Shown: piece by piece, positions 48,030-62,378 of the stretch
Numbering within the stretch: position 1 is the stretch's first letter
How the letters are laid out: each line of letters begins with the position of its first letter
Source of the DNA: the human T2T-CHM13v2.0 reference genome, Homo sapiens
Reading direction: 5' to 3' (one strand)
Assembly (NCBI RefSeq): GCF_009914755.1
Contig: NC_060937.1
Length of the DNA: 64,000 bases
Translations under genes and position numbers: made by a program
Notes under the pieces: model-generated
Database searches by the model: none
Told to the model about the DNA's origin: nothing
The model's input: the letters and a program-made list of their open reading frames with translations, nothing else

Positions 48030-48590
48030 ACATCCTGGACCCTTGAGAATTTATTCCCTTCATTGCTGCCAGTCCACTTTCTGAAATATCAATTTGATTG
48101 TGTTATTCTCTACCTAAACCCTTGATGGGTTTTTTTTTTTTTTGACCTCAGCATAAAGTCCAAATTCTTCAAGGGACATGTATGACTCTTCAGGACCCAC
48201 CACTACTCACCTCCTAGGCTTGTCTCCCTCTACTCCTACTCAGATTCAAGCCCAGCCAGACCAAGCCTTATGGGATGCACACCTAGGCCCTTGCTCATGT
48301 TGCTCCTACTGCTAGAACGCTCTTCCCCTCCCCATCTTTACCTGTGTTATTCCTGCTCATTCTTTGTCCTTCTTGAACCTCAAACTTGGGTTAGGTATCT
48401 CTCCTACATTCTCCTAGAGTATTCCTCATGATCCATCTTGTGATACTTCATATACTGTTTAATCATTACTTCTACTTCATTATACTATTAACTCCTTGAG
48501 TGTCTTATATCTTTATATCCCTAGTGCCTTAAAGAGTTCCTGGGACAGACTTAACCTTGACAAATATTTGAATGAAAGAATGCATGAATA
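48030..48590. mobile_element. L2 fragment
   Basis: ataaagtccaaattc, ggcccttgctcatgttgctcc, aaatatttgaatgaaagaatg. Confidence 0.65.
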
Positions 48591-51249
48591 ATTAAGTCCA
48601 TGGCTTGCTTCTCTGCACCTAATGCAACCAGCCAATCAACTTTGTTCCAAATATGAATGTGAAATGATGCTTGATGAAACTTATCTGGGGCTATTAAATC
48701 ACAGAACCAAAGAAAAAGAAGATGTGTTACATTCTAAAAAGAGCTCACAACAATAAAAGTCGGACATCCCCCACCCAGGCTCTACTACAACTAAATAGGT
48801 GGTGGTTCTACAAACAGACAGATAAATTTAAGGCAATTTTTCTAAAGGTTCTTAATTAACTGGGGGAACTAATTTAATTCTGAAAATTCGTGAGAAACAT
48901 TTTCCAGTAAAAATATCACATTGGTATGCAGAAGAATTACCTAAGAATTAATCGTGAACTCTTAAATCAATACACAACAGTTCTCAAATATCTAAGGAAA
49001 TTATTTCACTTTAGAAAATTCCTATTTAAAATTATTTTCACTATCTTGCAAGTACAAAATTTGTTCTGATTTTTTGAGTATACCTAAGTTAAAGATAGCC
49101 CTTTTGTGATGTTAATTTACCTATGAACTCCTTCCAAATTGTCTTTATGAAGAAGTTGATGACTTAGATATTATTTCTCTTTTCACAGTTGAAAACACCA
49201 CCTGATACTTGGAAAGGTGCTCAATGCCACCCTGGGTAAACATCGGTGGTTTCCATTTATGTACTGGTTTCCTTTGCTCTACTTCCTATCATACTGGTAT
49301 GGAAAGAATTTTTAAAGACATAAATGATCTAAGGAAATAATAATTTAATATACTTGGGGTTGAATACAAAAGAAATTTTAATGTTCTTTTCACTTGTATC
49401 AAAGTAAAGGAAGAAAGTAAAAGAGATGTGCAATAAAATGTGATATAAAGTTTTATTTTGGGTCTTATAGGACATGTTTAGGGACAATAAATTTTTATGC
49501 TGTATGTCAATATTTTTGTTGGAACTATTAACAACTCCATTAGCAGATGGAAATTCTCTCATTCGATGTATGAAACCTGTGAATCTCCTTCTCAGGTAAA
49601 TTTTATAGAGAATATTTTTCATATTTATATGAAACAGAGACTAAGTGGAAAATAAACTCTGCTTCATAGAGGAACAGTATTTCTGCCATTAATGTCTGAA
49701 TTTTCTTGTTTGTAGCATTCTAATGGTATTTTATGATATCTGAAAAGAACCTCTCATATTTGTGCAACCCTCGAGATAACAAACTTCAAAAAGACCCAGA
49801 GATCACAGTGAAAATATGCTTTCCATTATGCCTACTGAAATGTTGAGCATAAGTCACATATACGTCTATTTGGTTTATAAAGTGTATCATTCAAGCTCCT
49901 ATTTCAGTTGGAATCCAACTATTCATTGAATGAGAATGGAACTATGGAATTAGGAGTTTGGGATTCTAGTCCCCTCTTGCTAACTACCTGTGTGATCAGG
50001 GACAGAATCTATTATTTTTCTAGGGCCTTGGGTTTCTCTGTTGTGAAATGAGTTGAACTAGATGATTTCTAAGATCTCATTTTCATAGAGCCTGAAAAGT
50101 GATTAAATGAATTATTATATAAAAATTATACATCACATCAACAGAATATTTTCCTTCCTTGAGCCACCAAGATTTTACATTTTAATAACTCTGAATTTGC
50201 CTAGAATGCTCTCTGCCATGTTTTTGCCCTGTGTGAACTAAAAACAAGGTTAAATGGAATCTACTTGGAGGAAGTATTGATCTTGTTTTTCTGTGAGATT
50301 AGAACCTGAAGAACAGCGTCTGTTATTTTAGTACTTAGTTAGAATTCCAATTACACACCTGCTTGACAAAATTTCCCAAAATGTATTCTCTTGAACACTG
50401 GCTCTGCGTGAGTTAACAGATACCCTGCTCTTACAGAAAGAGTCCTGATGTCAAATAATTTGGAGAAATGGTGGATCAGCAAAATTAAACCAGCCTCATT
50501 ACCAAATTCAGAATATTAAACTTGTGAATGCTAATTTTTGTTTTCCAATACAGAAATGTAGTGTGCTGTGAGTGGCGGGGGAGGTGGGGGTGGGATGCTG
50601 CCACATCAGTAGGTAACCCCCTCCCATCACACCTAGCTCCCAGCATGAGTAATCAAACAATGAGATTTTTGGCCAGAGCAACCAAGTATGTAGATGCTAA
50701 ACCAAACCCAGATTTATTAGGAGTAGTAGAAAAGGCAGATCTTGAACCCGTCTAAAAAAGTTCTATTTAAGCAATCTGCACGTTCAATTTAAAGAAATAC
50801 TCCCTAAAAATGAGAGAGAAGCAAAAATGGAAAGGACTTTTCTGGAGGCAATGGGTTGGGTTCACAGAAAATGTTCACATTGAGGTCACCAAGAATTACA
50901 GGAACCACATATTCTGGGCTTTTCCCAGGGGAAAGGTGGGTTGTGCTTGCTTTTGGTTAAGGGGACCCTGCCCATCACTGCAGATACCTTGTGAAGGTCA
51001 GGTGCTTACTCAGCGGGGGATCTCATGGCAGGGCTCTGCTACCCAGTCATTTTGCTGGAAGGCTGTGGGGTGGTACCCACTCCAAGGTCTGAGCTCACTG
51101 GTACAGCCTCAGGGACCAGGATAACCATGAGGCCAGGAGAGGAATATCACCCTCCCTGAAGTTCATCCTAACCTCAGCATCGTCCTCCCCGACTACCATG
51201 GACACCCAGCCAGCCTGACCCCATGTACTGGTCACAGAACAAAGTTCAA

Positions 51250-52050
51250 AAATGAGGCAGCAGAGTTTAGAAATTAGAGCACGGCTTTTGGGGTCAGACT
51301 CCCTGGGTTGGTATTCTCAGCAGTGATATGAACTATCTGTATCCCAGTTTCCCCATCATAAATTAGGGCATTATTTGAAGAGCTACCATGGAGTTGTTTT
51401 GAGAATTGAATGAGTTAGTCCACAGGAAACAATTCATAGATATTATTATTACTTTGCATTACTACAGCAGATTCAATTTTTTAAGTATTTCTAAATCTAT
51501 TCTCTTATTTGAATCTTATAAAACCCTATAAATTAGGGCAAATGTAAAGTATTATGCTTTTTTCTGAGATGAGGAAATTGAAGCAAAAAGCAGCTGTATG
51601 ACTTAGATGGTTAAGAGTTTAGAATCAGGGATAGTTGGTTTTGAATCTGATTCTACCACCTACTAGTCCTATGACTTTTAGTAAATGTCTTAACCTGTCT
51701 ATGTCTCTATTTGCTCTTATCTAAAATGGAAATAATAATGGTATTTACCTCATAATGTGAGAAATCAGAGTTAGTAAATTTCAAAGAATTTATAACAATT
51801 CTCAGCAAATAAGAACTAGTCAGTTTTACTGTTGTTTTTACTATTTCTCCCCTAATTAGTCTTACTATTTCCCTGCTGCCCCAGTGCTTGATAAAATACT
51901 TGCTACATAATAGGTGATAAATAATATTTCACTGAATAAAAATGCTATAGGATTTCAGAAAAGAAGGAGATCATGAGACCTGGGGAAAGTCCTAGAAGAT
52001 TTTATGAAGGAGGTGGGGCTTGGGTTGGCTTCATGGGTGACTGGAATTTA
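51250..52050. mobile_element. Cluster of MIR and L2 fragments
   Basis: MIR cores at about 51290, 51570 and 51640; L2-like taggtgataaataatatttcactgaat. Confidence 0.6.
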
Positions 52051-52949
52051 AATATGTGATGGAAAACACATCAGCATTTTTATAGATGACAGAAGAGATA
52101 ATATACATTATACATATACTCCTGGGTTTATTCATTTACCGTTATACATTTACTCCTGGATTTACCACATTCAACTTTGTATTATTTAATTTTCTCCATT
52201 TCCAATTAATTAATGGCAAAACCTATTCAAAACAAATTATAAAATGTAGCTTTATCTTACATACATGTTTTAGGTGTTTGCTGTAAGTTTCATTTTGTAT
52301 AATCAGGCATCAAACGGAATTAATCATTATAAGACATTGTGGGAAAAAAGCAAACTCAGAAACCTTGGGGATGTTGCTCAGATGCATTATAAGAAATGAT
52401 CCACAATAATTTCACAGAGAACTTTCATTTTATCAAAATTTTATTTTTGTCAAGTAAGTCCAATTACAACTCTGCTTCTATTAGTAACTTGGGATTTTTT
52501 TTTTATGGTTCCAGGCAAAACCTCTATGTTTAATCTGCCTGGAGTAAAATTCCTTCTTCAACTGTCACAGAAACAGTTGAGCTATTAGTATGTTTTTTAC
52601 TTATTATTTGCTACAAGTCCTTGAGTATTTTGATTTTTTTGTTCTGCACATGTTTGCCATTGCCAGTGGGGGTACATTAAGCATATTGTCATGTAATTAA
52701 CACTGAGTGCTCTTCAGAAACTAAAAAGGGTTTTTTGTTTTGTTTTATTTTGTTTTTAACCCTGTATTTGTAGCACTTCCCACCATATAACACAATAGTC
52801 AAACACAAATGCAGAAGGACTGGCAGAACATTGTTCTCTATGTTGTTGTCCTCAGATCACCCCGTTGTTTCTAACACTCCAGAGGATCAGCTGAGATTCA
52901 TGCCATCACACTTGACCTAGTCACTCCTGTTTGTACCCCTCCCTCTCCA

Positions 52950-53540
52950 ATTTTTTCTATTCATGGATAATTTTATCCACTGGGCTCTTTCTTCCTTTCT
53001 GTCATATTTCTTAACAACTTCAATACCCAAATAGATGATTGATTCAGCATCTTGGCCTCTCAAATCCTCAGGTTCTTTGCTTCCAATGACCCACCACTTC
53101 CTCCCTACCTCAGCAGCACATCTGGAATCTGTAAAAAGCCCTCTTCCTGATAACCACAGCCTTTTCTTCCAACTCTTCTACCCTGTAGTGCCACCCGAGG
53201 AATTGTTGGGCCTACCAAAGTATCAACCCAACCGTTTCCTACTCTCAACCTTCTTCTGGTGCCCTTCTGTCCCATCTAACCCAGCACAGATTCCATGGGC
53301 CATGATTATAAACTTGGCCCCCTCTCTCCTGCCTTCCTCCTTTCACTGACCTTGCAAAGCTAAAACTTTACTTAAGCCCTGCTAGCCACCTGATTTCCAC
53401 CTGCACCCACACAGCTCAACAACACCAAGGCAAATATACAACTAATCTGACCAGCTTCTCTTTAAGTTCATAGAGAGACTCTCAAATGAGCACACAACCC
53501 TGTCTGGCACTCCTAGCGTATTTCTAATGTTTGCCTGGAC
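52950..53540. mobile_element. L2 internal fragment
   Basis: cagcatcttggcctctca...tcctgataaccacagcc pattern. Confidence 0.5.
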
Positions 53541-53739
53541 ATTGCTTCATGTTACTAAAATAAATAGAGACAATCAGATGGGCACAGAATTGGTTCACTT
53601 TACCTGGACTCACCTACATTAAGAATATCACTATTGGGTGCAATATGTGGATCAAGATATAGAATACATTTTAACAGTATAACTACATTTTTTGTTTCCC
53701 TGAATTTGTTAATTGAAAATATTATACCTGCAATAAGTG

Positions 53740-54550
53740 CAGGCTACTTGGCAGTATCTTTTAAATCTTCATTAGATTTTTCAAAAAAAATATTGCTACA
53801 TTATACTATAGTTAGGCATTTTCCTATGTGTTTGGACAAAAAATTCCAGCATTATTTGAAGACGAAGGGTCAGTGGCAAGTAGAAAATGATCTGTAGGGT
53901 ACAGGGTTCTGTTCTTGTACCTGTGTCTTTGATTTTTCTTTATGAATGAGTTGGATGAAGATACACAAAGCCAACTTACCAGATTCACAGATAGCAGAAA
54001 GTTGGAGGCAAAAACTAATATGTTGGATCAAAAGATATTGGTAAAAATTTAACATGCTGTAAGCATGGGCTAAAACAAGATAAAATTTAACAAGAATAAA
54101 AGTAAAATTTTTCACTTAGGTTGAAAAGCAAGTCTGTGATACAAGTTCACAATGTAGAGCACTGAATTAACAGAAAAAAAATGTAAAAAATGCAGCAAAG
54201 CACCATGGCACATGTATACCTACGTAACAAACCTGCACATGCTGCACATGCAACCCAGAACTTAAAGTAAAAATTTTTTTAAAAGTACAAAAGTATTGTT
54301 GCATTTACATAAAATTTATGTTCATCACAAAGAAAGTAATAGACTTTCCCCTATTCCATCCTAGGCACAGGTCTGACCTCAGCTGGAGAATAGGGTTTAA
54401 TTCTGTGGATTTGATTTCAAGAGAGATGTAAAGCCTACAGCTCATCAAATAAAAGGAAGACAGGATAGGGTAGAATGGAGACCTTGTGGTGAGTGTGAAG
54501 CACATATCTGAGGGGCTACAGAGCAAGCCCTCCAGTGGCTGAAAGACAAA
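53740..54550 (+). mobile_element. L3/CR1 LINE relic containing an L1PA 3' fragment at about 54190-54280
   Basis: CR1 RT-like gatt...atgagttggatgaag...cagattcacagatagcagaaagttgg; L1 caccatggcacatgtatacctacgtaacaaacctgcac. Confidence 0.65.
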
Positions 54551-55559
54551 TCCAAGGCCATTGGGCATATTTGAGTCTGGTGTCCACCAGAATCCCAGCT
54601 CTGCAAGTGATTCATGCAACCTCTCCAAGTCTCAGTGGCTTCACCTACAGAAACATTTGGGGTGATATTAGTAATATGAACAATCACCTCTTGAAAATGG
54701 TGTGGAAACTAAATGAGAGGATAATCCATTTGAAGCAATTAGCCAGTCCTGGCACATAATAAGTGCTCCATGAATATGAGTTATTGAGCAAGGGCAGAGC
54801 TGGCAGAAGGTATGGAAGAAAAGCATATGGCTTCTGTGTAGCCTAAAGTTGGTACTTCCAAAGTTCAGTACTTTTTATATTTATTTATTTTACCTAGTTA
54901 TTTTGGGAGGCTTTTTGGTTGCTTGTTTTTTATTTTGTGTTTCATTATTGTTGTACTTTTGAATCCAGACAATTTTAGTTCTAGTTAGAGGAGAAAGTTG
55001 AAAATAACTATGTTTTTTCTACATTCAGTCCAGAGAACAGAGGGAGAAAAGTGGCTCTGAACATATTAGGTGTTATGGTAACAAGAACCATGACGTGGAG
55101 ACAAACATGAGGAAATGGTCAAGACCTGCTTGGTTTCCATGCCCCAGAGTCTCATTTTAAAAACCTTTGCTCCTGCCTTGGAGGTGTGAGTTTTGTTTAC
55201 ACAAGGGTGATGTTGCCTTACCTGTTGCATTCAAGAGGACTAGAGGACAGACAGTAATTTCCTGTGGGAGAGACTCAAAGCAGCTATTTGTCTTAAGCCC
55301 CTGCCACTGTGCAGCTTGTCCCAGGCAGAGAGCTGTGAGCCTCTCCTATAACCTGTCAGGAATGATGTTGCAGGGCCTCACTGCTCCATTAAATGGGGTG
55401 CTTTGGCCTCAATCCTTTTCACTGATGTTAACCATGTTCTCCCCGTATTTGTCCCTGGAGAAGAAAAAGAAGTGCTAATCACTTCTCCTTTAGAAACAGT
55501 ACACGCCGCAAAACTAGCCAGATGCCTCATTTCTGTTTCTTTCCCCAGATCTCCTCTGA

Positions 55560-55920
55560 GAGACTTAGTCCATTTTCTATTGCTGTAACAAATAAGACAG
55601 ACTACAAAATTTGTAAAGAAAAGATATTTCTTACATTTCTGGAGACTGGGAAGTCCAAAAGCATGGCACCGATACCTGGTGAAGGCCTTCTTGCTGCATG
55701 ACAACACAGTGGAGGGTATCACACGGCAAGAGGGCCAGGGTGTATGCGTATCGGCTCTGGCCTCTCTTCTTTTTATAAAGCTGCCAGTCCCATGATGGAG
55801 GCCCCAGCCTGATTAACTTATCTAATACTAATAACCTCCCAAAACCCACACGTCAAATCAACATGCACATTTGGGGATTAAGTTTTCAACACACAAAATC
55901 TGGGGGACAGATTCCAGCAG
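55560..55920 (-). mobile_element. MST-type MaLR LTR
   Basis: cttagtccattttctattgctgtaac...ctgggaagtccaaaagcatggcacc. Confidence 0.85.
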
Positions 55921-56007
55921 TAGGACTTGTATTGCCATGCTGCTCAATACGTTTCCACTCTCCTCTGTTCAACTTCTCAATCGGTCTTTTTAAAAATGCC
56001 TTTCTTG

Positions 56008-56636
56008 AAAGCTTGCACGCTGTTGGGGGGAATGTAAATTAGTGCAGCCTCTATGAATAATAGTATGGAGATCTTTCAAAGAACTAAAAATAGAACTGCC
56101 CTTTAATCTAGCAATCTCACTACTGAGTATCTACCCAAAGGAAAAAAAATTATTATATTAAAAAGATCCTTGCACTCATACGTTTATGGCAGCACTATTC
56201 ATAATAGCAAAGCCATGGAATCAACCTAAGTGTCCATCAGTGGATGATGTGTGCCATGGAGTACTATTCAGCCATTAAAAAGAAAGAAATCATGTCTTTT
56301 GCAGCAACATAGATGGAACTGGAGGCCAATATCCTTAGTGAAGTGACTCAGAAACAGAAAATTAAAAACCACATGCTCTCACTTATAAGTGGGAGCTAAA
56401 CAGTGGGTACACACGGACATACTGAGTGGAACAATAGACATTGGAGACTTCAGATGGCAGAGGGTGGGAAGGGTGAGAGATGAAATACCACCTATTGGGT
56501 ACAGTGTTCACTATTCAGCTGATGGGTACACTAGAAGCCCAGACTTCAGCACTGCAAAATACATCCATGTAACACAACTGCACTTGTACCCCTAAATCCA
56601 TAAAAATTAAACATTTAATTTCAAAAAGATAAAAGA
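56008..56636 (+). mobile_element. L1PB-type 3' end
   Basis: agaagcccagacttcagcactgcaaaatacatccatgtaacacaactgcacttgtacccc; degenerate TSD aaaaatgcctttcttg / aaaaattgcttttcttg. Confidence 0.9.
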
Positions 56637-57074
56637 AAAAATTGCTTTTCTTGTCTTCTTCTCCCTCTGGCTTGCATCACTCAATTTATTCTGTCCTTTG
56701 GAATCAAACTTCATGAAAGAGTGCTTCTCAGAGCCAAACAGAGGAAGTGCTGTGGTCATGTTCTGTTATTTAGTTGGTGATGGGTGGTGATATTCATTTC
56801 ATTACTGTGTCTTACAACTTACATATATGTTACATATGTGTTTTTATAAACATCAATGGAGACAAAAGAAAAAAAATAGTAGCCTTAGTGTGTCTCTATT
56901 GCCTTCTTGCATATTTGCTCCTCAACCCACAGGAAACTGGACCCTTCCCCAGAACTCCATTGAAATTTCTCTGCTAATGTGACCAATGGCCTCTTCATCA
57001 CTAGGTGGCTGTTCTTATTTCGCTGGAACTCTATGAGGTATCTGATGGGATTAAGACTCCATGACTCTCTTTTC

Positions 57075-57197
57075 CCCGGTTTTATTAGAGTATAATTGAC
57101 AAAACTATTTATGGTGTACATGATGTTTATGTATATATTATTTAGTCAAGCTAATTAACATATTCATTATCTCAGTTCTTTTGTTTGTTTAAGGTAT
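57075..57197 (-). mobile_element. L1MA 3' fragment inserted in an L2
   Basis: tttattagagtataattgac...caagctaattaacat; TSD actcc(c)atgactct at 57056 and 57198. Confidence 0.75.
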
Positions 57198-57311
57198 ACT
57201 CCCATGACTCTTAAACATGTTGCTTCCTATTTTCTGGACAACCTCTCTGCACCCTAGTTTGCCATTTTCTCAATATTTCTTCCCAGGTCCTCTTTTTTCT
57301 GCTTAACCACC

Positions 57312-57689
57312 TGTAGCAGATGCTGTTGGTTAGCTAATCAACCTTCATTCCCAGTGGTCTCCTCCCTGACCACCTCCCTGGCAGGATAGGTCATTAGGAG
57401 AGCTCTGATGAATGAGGCTTATGTGGAAGGCTGTAAGGTTTTCAGCAAAGCTTTGCTTTCCTGATATTTTTACCCTTCTCCTTCCCTCCTGCTAGAATGC
57501 AGACATGATGACTGGAATTGCTCCAGCAAACCTGTGACTGGATGCTAAAGGAAAACATTAAGATAAAGAGATATCTACACCAACTGAATACTCAACTCAA
57601 GACTTTTTGTTATAAAAAAGAATAAAATCCTATTTTTTAAAAGCCGCAATTCAGGCTTTCAGTTGCAGCCAAATGCAATCCTGACATAC
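57312..57689 (+). mobile_element. MLT1 (I/J-like) LTR
   Basis: tgtagcagatgctg...cagttgcagccaaatgcaatcctgac. Confidence 0.65.
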
Positions 57690-57949
57690 TCTCAAATGTT
57701 ATCTCAGAATTCTATTCTCAGTTCCTTTTTCTTTTCATTTAATACATTCTCCCTGAATGATTGAACCAAACCCACTGACACCAATACTGATGATGCAGAA
57801 ATCTACAGCTCTACCACAAACCCTTTCCCCTCCTCTATGTAGATATGTTGAAATACCTTAAATTCATTATGTCCAAAGTTTCTCTCACAAGCCTCTTCTC
57901 TTGCATGCACTGCTGGTTAATACATTCAGTCTTTAAGCAAAGAGAAAAT

Positions 57950-58640
57950 AACTATAAAATCTTCTCAATCACCACTTAATTCCATAACCAAGTAGGGAAT
58001 AAATCCTCCTCAACTTCATTCAGCCTCCCAATTTCCTTCTCCTTTACTTTGAAGGATAATTTCACTGGGTACAGAATTTTAGGTTGATGTTTGTTTTAAC
58101 ACTAAATATTTCACCCCACTCTCTTCTTGCTTGCATAGTTTCTCTTGAGGGCAAGATTGCTTAAGAACAAAATACTTGGGTATATTTTTAAATGGCTACT
58201 TTTCCCCTCCCGCTGCCAGAAGCATAAAGGAATTTTTCTCTGCTCTTTAGAGAACCTGGAGGTAAAAGTCATAAAAGTGTGGAGGCTCCATCAAGACTGG
58301 GCCCTCCTGGAGTTTTTAACTCTCAAACTTGTCCACACTGACTTTTTCTACCAATTTGTCAATCACAGATTATGTTTTCCTACCCTAGTACTGGTTCCCA
58401 CAGAGTTTTTGTTCCTGGGCTTCTGCTCTGATAGGTAGAATTCTATCTACCTATCTACATATACATTCTCTGTATATGCCTATCTATCAATTTTGGGGCA
58501 TTGGTTTAGCTAAGACCTCAGTTCTCTGATGGATCTAAGTTATTGATTTTCTGTTTGTTCATTTTTTTTTCTTCTTGCATGAACAGGATAAATGACTACC
58601 ATGCTCCTCGCATGCCAGGCTGGAAACCAGAAGTCCTGAA
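57950..58640 (-). mobile_element. Old L1M internal fragment
   Basis: tgaaggataatttcactgggtacagaattttaggttg. Confidence 0.65.
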
Positions 58641-59711
58641 TTTGTTCCTAAACGATCTCTTCTTCTCAACCCAGCAGCCATTGTCTTTGTTCAGGCCACC
58701 AGCATCTATCTTTCAGATTGATGCAACGGCCTTTGTACTGCCTCCCTGCCTCTAGCGTCACCTCTCTTCCATTCATTTATTTATTCAAACAGAGCATTTA
58801 CTGAACACCTGCTTTGCATCAGGCACAAACTAAGACCACCAAAATGATGCAGCGATAGCACCAATTTCTGGAATGAAATTAATCAGCTGACTTCCCTGCT
58901 TAAAATCCCCCATTGCTCCTCATGAGTAGCAGGTGGAAGCCCAACTCCACAGCAAGGACCTCAGTGCCCTTCTGTCTGTGACCTGGTCATCTATTTCTGA
59001 CCCATCTCCCCTGTGTTACTCTGCAGTTCCTAAAGACCCTTCTCCCATCTCTCATGAGATGTCATCCTCTATGCCTCTGCCACTTATTTCCTCTGCCTGG
59101 AATGCTCTTTCCCTTTCTTGTCTAACTAACCCCTCCTGATCCTTTAAAGTTTAGCTTAAAAGTTAGTGGATCCTTGCCAGAGGGATAGTCTTAAATAAAA
59201 GATACCAAGGGATCCATTTAGGAAAGAAACCACTTGAGGGTACGACTGTAAGTTGTCTGACAAGCTCAATTTTTTATTGTAAAATAATACTTTAAAGTTT
59301 TGTAAACTATATGTTTGTTACAGAAAACTTAAGACAAACAAAAAAAGTATAACAGAGGAAAAACAACACCCACGATCCCTCATTCAACAAAAAATGCAGC
59401 TATCATTATGGACTGTTTATCTACCATCATCTTTGCGCTCAAACTGATGATGCACTTTAAGACCACAACATTTCTGAACAGTATTAAAGACTCTTGGTAC
59501 CCATCATTTTTGGTGGCTGCATAATGTTTCTTTTACATATAGACTATAATTTCCTTAACCCCTCCCATGTTGTTGAATGTTTTGTTTCCAATTTTTGTTA
59601 TTGTAACTTATGCTGTCCTGAATATCTGTGTGCACAAAGCTTTGTTTACATTTCTGTTTATTTCCTTGTGAGATATTCTTAGAATTGTACAACTCAGGGA
59701 AGAGACTGAGT

Positions 59712-60706
59712 TTTTTAAATTTTTATTTATTTATTTATTATAAGTTAAGTTCTGGGATACCTGTGCAGAATGTGCAGTTTTATTACACAGTTATACACGT
59801 GCCATGGTGGTTTGCTGCACCTATCAACCCGTCATCTACATTAGGTATTTCTCCTAATGCTATCCCTCCCCTAGCCCCCCACCCCACAACAGGCCATGGT
59901 GTGTGATGTTCCTCTCCCTCTCCATGTGTTCTCATTGTTCAGCTCCCACTTATGAGTGAGAACATGCGGTGTTTGGTTTTCTGTTCCTATGCTAGTTTGC
60001 TGAGAATGATAGTTTCCAGCTTCATCTGTGTCCCTGCAAAGGATATAACCTTATCCTTTTTTATGGCTGCATAGTATTCCATGGTGTATATGTGCCACAT
60101 TTTCTTTATCCAGTCTATCGTTGATGGGCATTTGGGTTGGTTCCCAGTCTTTGCTATTGTGAATAGTGCTGCAATAAACATACATGTGCATGTATTTTAA
60201 TAGGAGAATGATTTATAATCCTTTGGGTATATACTCAGTACTGGGATTGCTGGGTCAAATGGTATTTCTGGTTCTAGATCCTTGAGGAATTGCCACACTG
60301 TCTTCCACAATGGTTGAACTAATTTACACTCCCACCAACAGTGTAAAAGCATTCCTATTTCTCCATATCCTCTCCAGCATCTGTTGTTTCCTGACTTTTT
60401 AATGATCACCATTCTAACTGGTGTGAGATGGTATCTCATTGTGGTTTTGATTTGCATTTCTCTAATGACCAGTGATGATGAGCTTTTTTTCATCTGTTTG
60501 TTGGCTGCATAAATGTCTTCTTTTGAGAAATGACTGTTCATATACTTCACCCACTTTTTGATAGCGTTGTTTGTTTTTTCCTTGTAAATTTGTTTAAGTT
60601 CCTTGTACATTGATTTTGTATCCTGAGACTTTGCTGAATTTGCTTATCAGCTTAAGGAGATTTTGGGCTGAGCGATGGGGTTTTCTAAATATACAATCAT
60701 GTCATT
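59712..60706 (-). mobile_element. L1PA6/7-like 3' part inside an L1ME relic
   Basis: ORF2 C-terminus in the track (60197-60610) and 3' UTR; jump to upstream ORF2 sequence at about 60608. Confidence 0.93.
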
Positions 60707-61614
60707 GATACAGAAATTTTTAAGACTCTTGATACGTATTACCAAATTGCTTTACAGAAATTTAGACCACTACTACCATCTGCAGTGTGTTAGAGTTCAT
60801 GTTTCACAGAATCCTCACCTGAATTGAATATCTTTTTAAAATTTTTCACATATTTCTTTTTGTTTTTTTTATATTTTAACTTCTTTGCTTATTAGTTCAG
60901 ATAAACTTTTTATATGCTTACTAGTTATTTATGTTTCTTCTTTTATGAACTAAGATAGTCTCAGGTTTCAGAATTGAACACAGTGTTACAGTAAGGAGAT
61001 TAATTCTTTTCAGTCATCAATCAATTTGAGCTATTGTATACATTCATATATAAGGTTATTAGTTATTTGTCAAGTTAAGTTATGTTTTTAAAGGTATGTT
61101 TAAAAAACACATCAGGAAGAACTCAATTTACTCCACATTAATTGATAAGCTATCATGTATCTGTTACTGTTACAGACAAGATATAGAAAGAAAAATTAAA
61201 CATATATTTGCCCTCAAGATGCTTACACATTACATCATAAATGGTACAAAACAGGGTGGTCTTTGCTAGTGAGCTGGAAATTTAGAGCTCATCGTGAGTT
61301 CAGAGAAGATCTAATTCCTTCCAATGAAGCAGAAAAGTCAGAGAAGGACAGAAGATTTTCGAGAGGAGCACTAAGAATAAGGAGTTTAGTAGGCAGAAAG
61401 GGGAAAATGTACACCAGATAAGACTTACTTTGCTCAATGGACAACATTATTAGGAAACCTGTCTTGCAATGAAAAGGTGATATGCTTGGTGGGTTGCAGA
61501 GTAAGGTACGTGAGGAATTTGTAAGAGCCTGGAGTGATTAGTTTGAGGTCAAACTATGAAGAAGCTTATACGTATTGATAAGGAAAGTGAGCTCATCCTT
61601 TATGTGTGGCGTCA

Positions 61615-61770
61615 ACAGTTTTTAAAGAAAGGCACTATTATTCTAATTTCACAGATGAAGAATTTGAGGTGGAGAGAGGTTAAGTACAAAGTCTTGTTAT
61701 TAGGAAGCGAAACAATTTGAACCGTGTGAGTCCTGAAACAGGGCTCTTTAAAGCACAGTGCTGTAATGCT
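61615..61770 (-). mobile_element. MIR
   Basis: tttcacagatgaagaatttgagg...agaggttaagt. Confidence 0.65.
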
Positions 61771-61916
61771 TTCCATTAGTCCCCTCATCCTTACCATGCC
61801 TATGTGAAGGAGGCACCAGGAGCTCTGCTAGGAACTGAAGACTGTGGAAGGGGAAATGGGTTCCATTCTCTCTTCAGATATCATACATCCACACCCAACA
61901 TGCGTTCATGTGCGCG

Positions 61917-61943
61917 CACACACACACACACGCACACACACAC
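61917..61943. repeat. (CA)n microsatellite
   Basis: cacacacacacacacgcacacacacac. Confidence 0.9.
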
Positions 61944-62009
61944 CCATCACATCACATACCAAGACAAGAAAAGCTACTCATCTACCTGGACATGACAGAT
62001 AGCAGGAAC

Positions 62010-62378
62010 TGAAGGAAATCAAACTATTTTACCCCCAAAATATGTTTGTTTGACATACTTTGAAATGGCCCTTGTGAGGAAAATCCACATTCTATAGAGA
62101 TTCCCTTTCTTTTTCTAAGTCTCTTTGCTAATCCAGTAGAGAATTAGCTAAGAGTCTGACACTTTTTTAGGTCTGATAAGAAACATTTACAATCTATTCT
62201 CTCTGAAGCCTGCAAGCTGGAAGCTTCACCTGCATAATAATAACCTTTGTTTCCACAACCCCTTATCTTCACCTGCCACTCATTTCTATTGATTCCAGAT
62301 CTTTAATCAGAAAATATTTGAATCCACCTATGACCTAGAAGCCTCCATTTTGAGTTGTCCCATTTTTCGATACCAAGA
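62010..62378 (+). mobile_element. ERV1 LTR of the MER4/MER34 group, cut by the next element
   Basis: tgaaggaaatcaaactattttacccccaaaatatg start; ataagaaacatttacaatctattctctctgaagcc. Confidence 0.75.
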
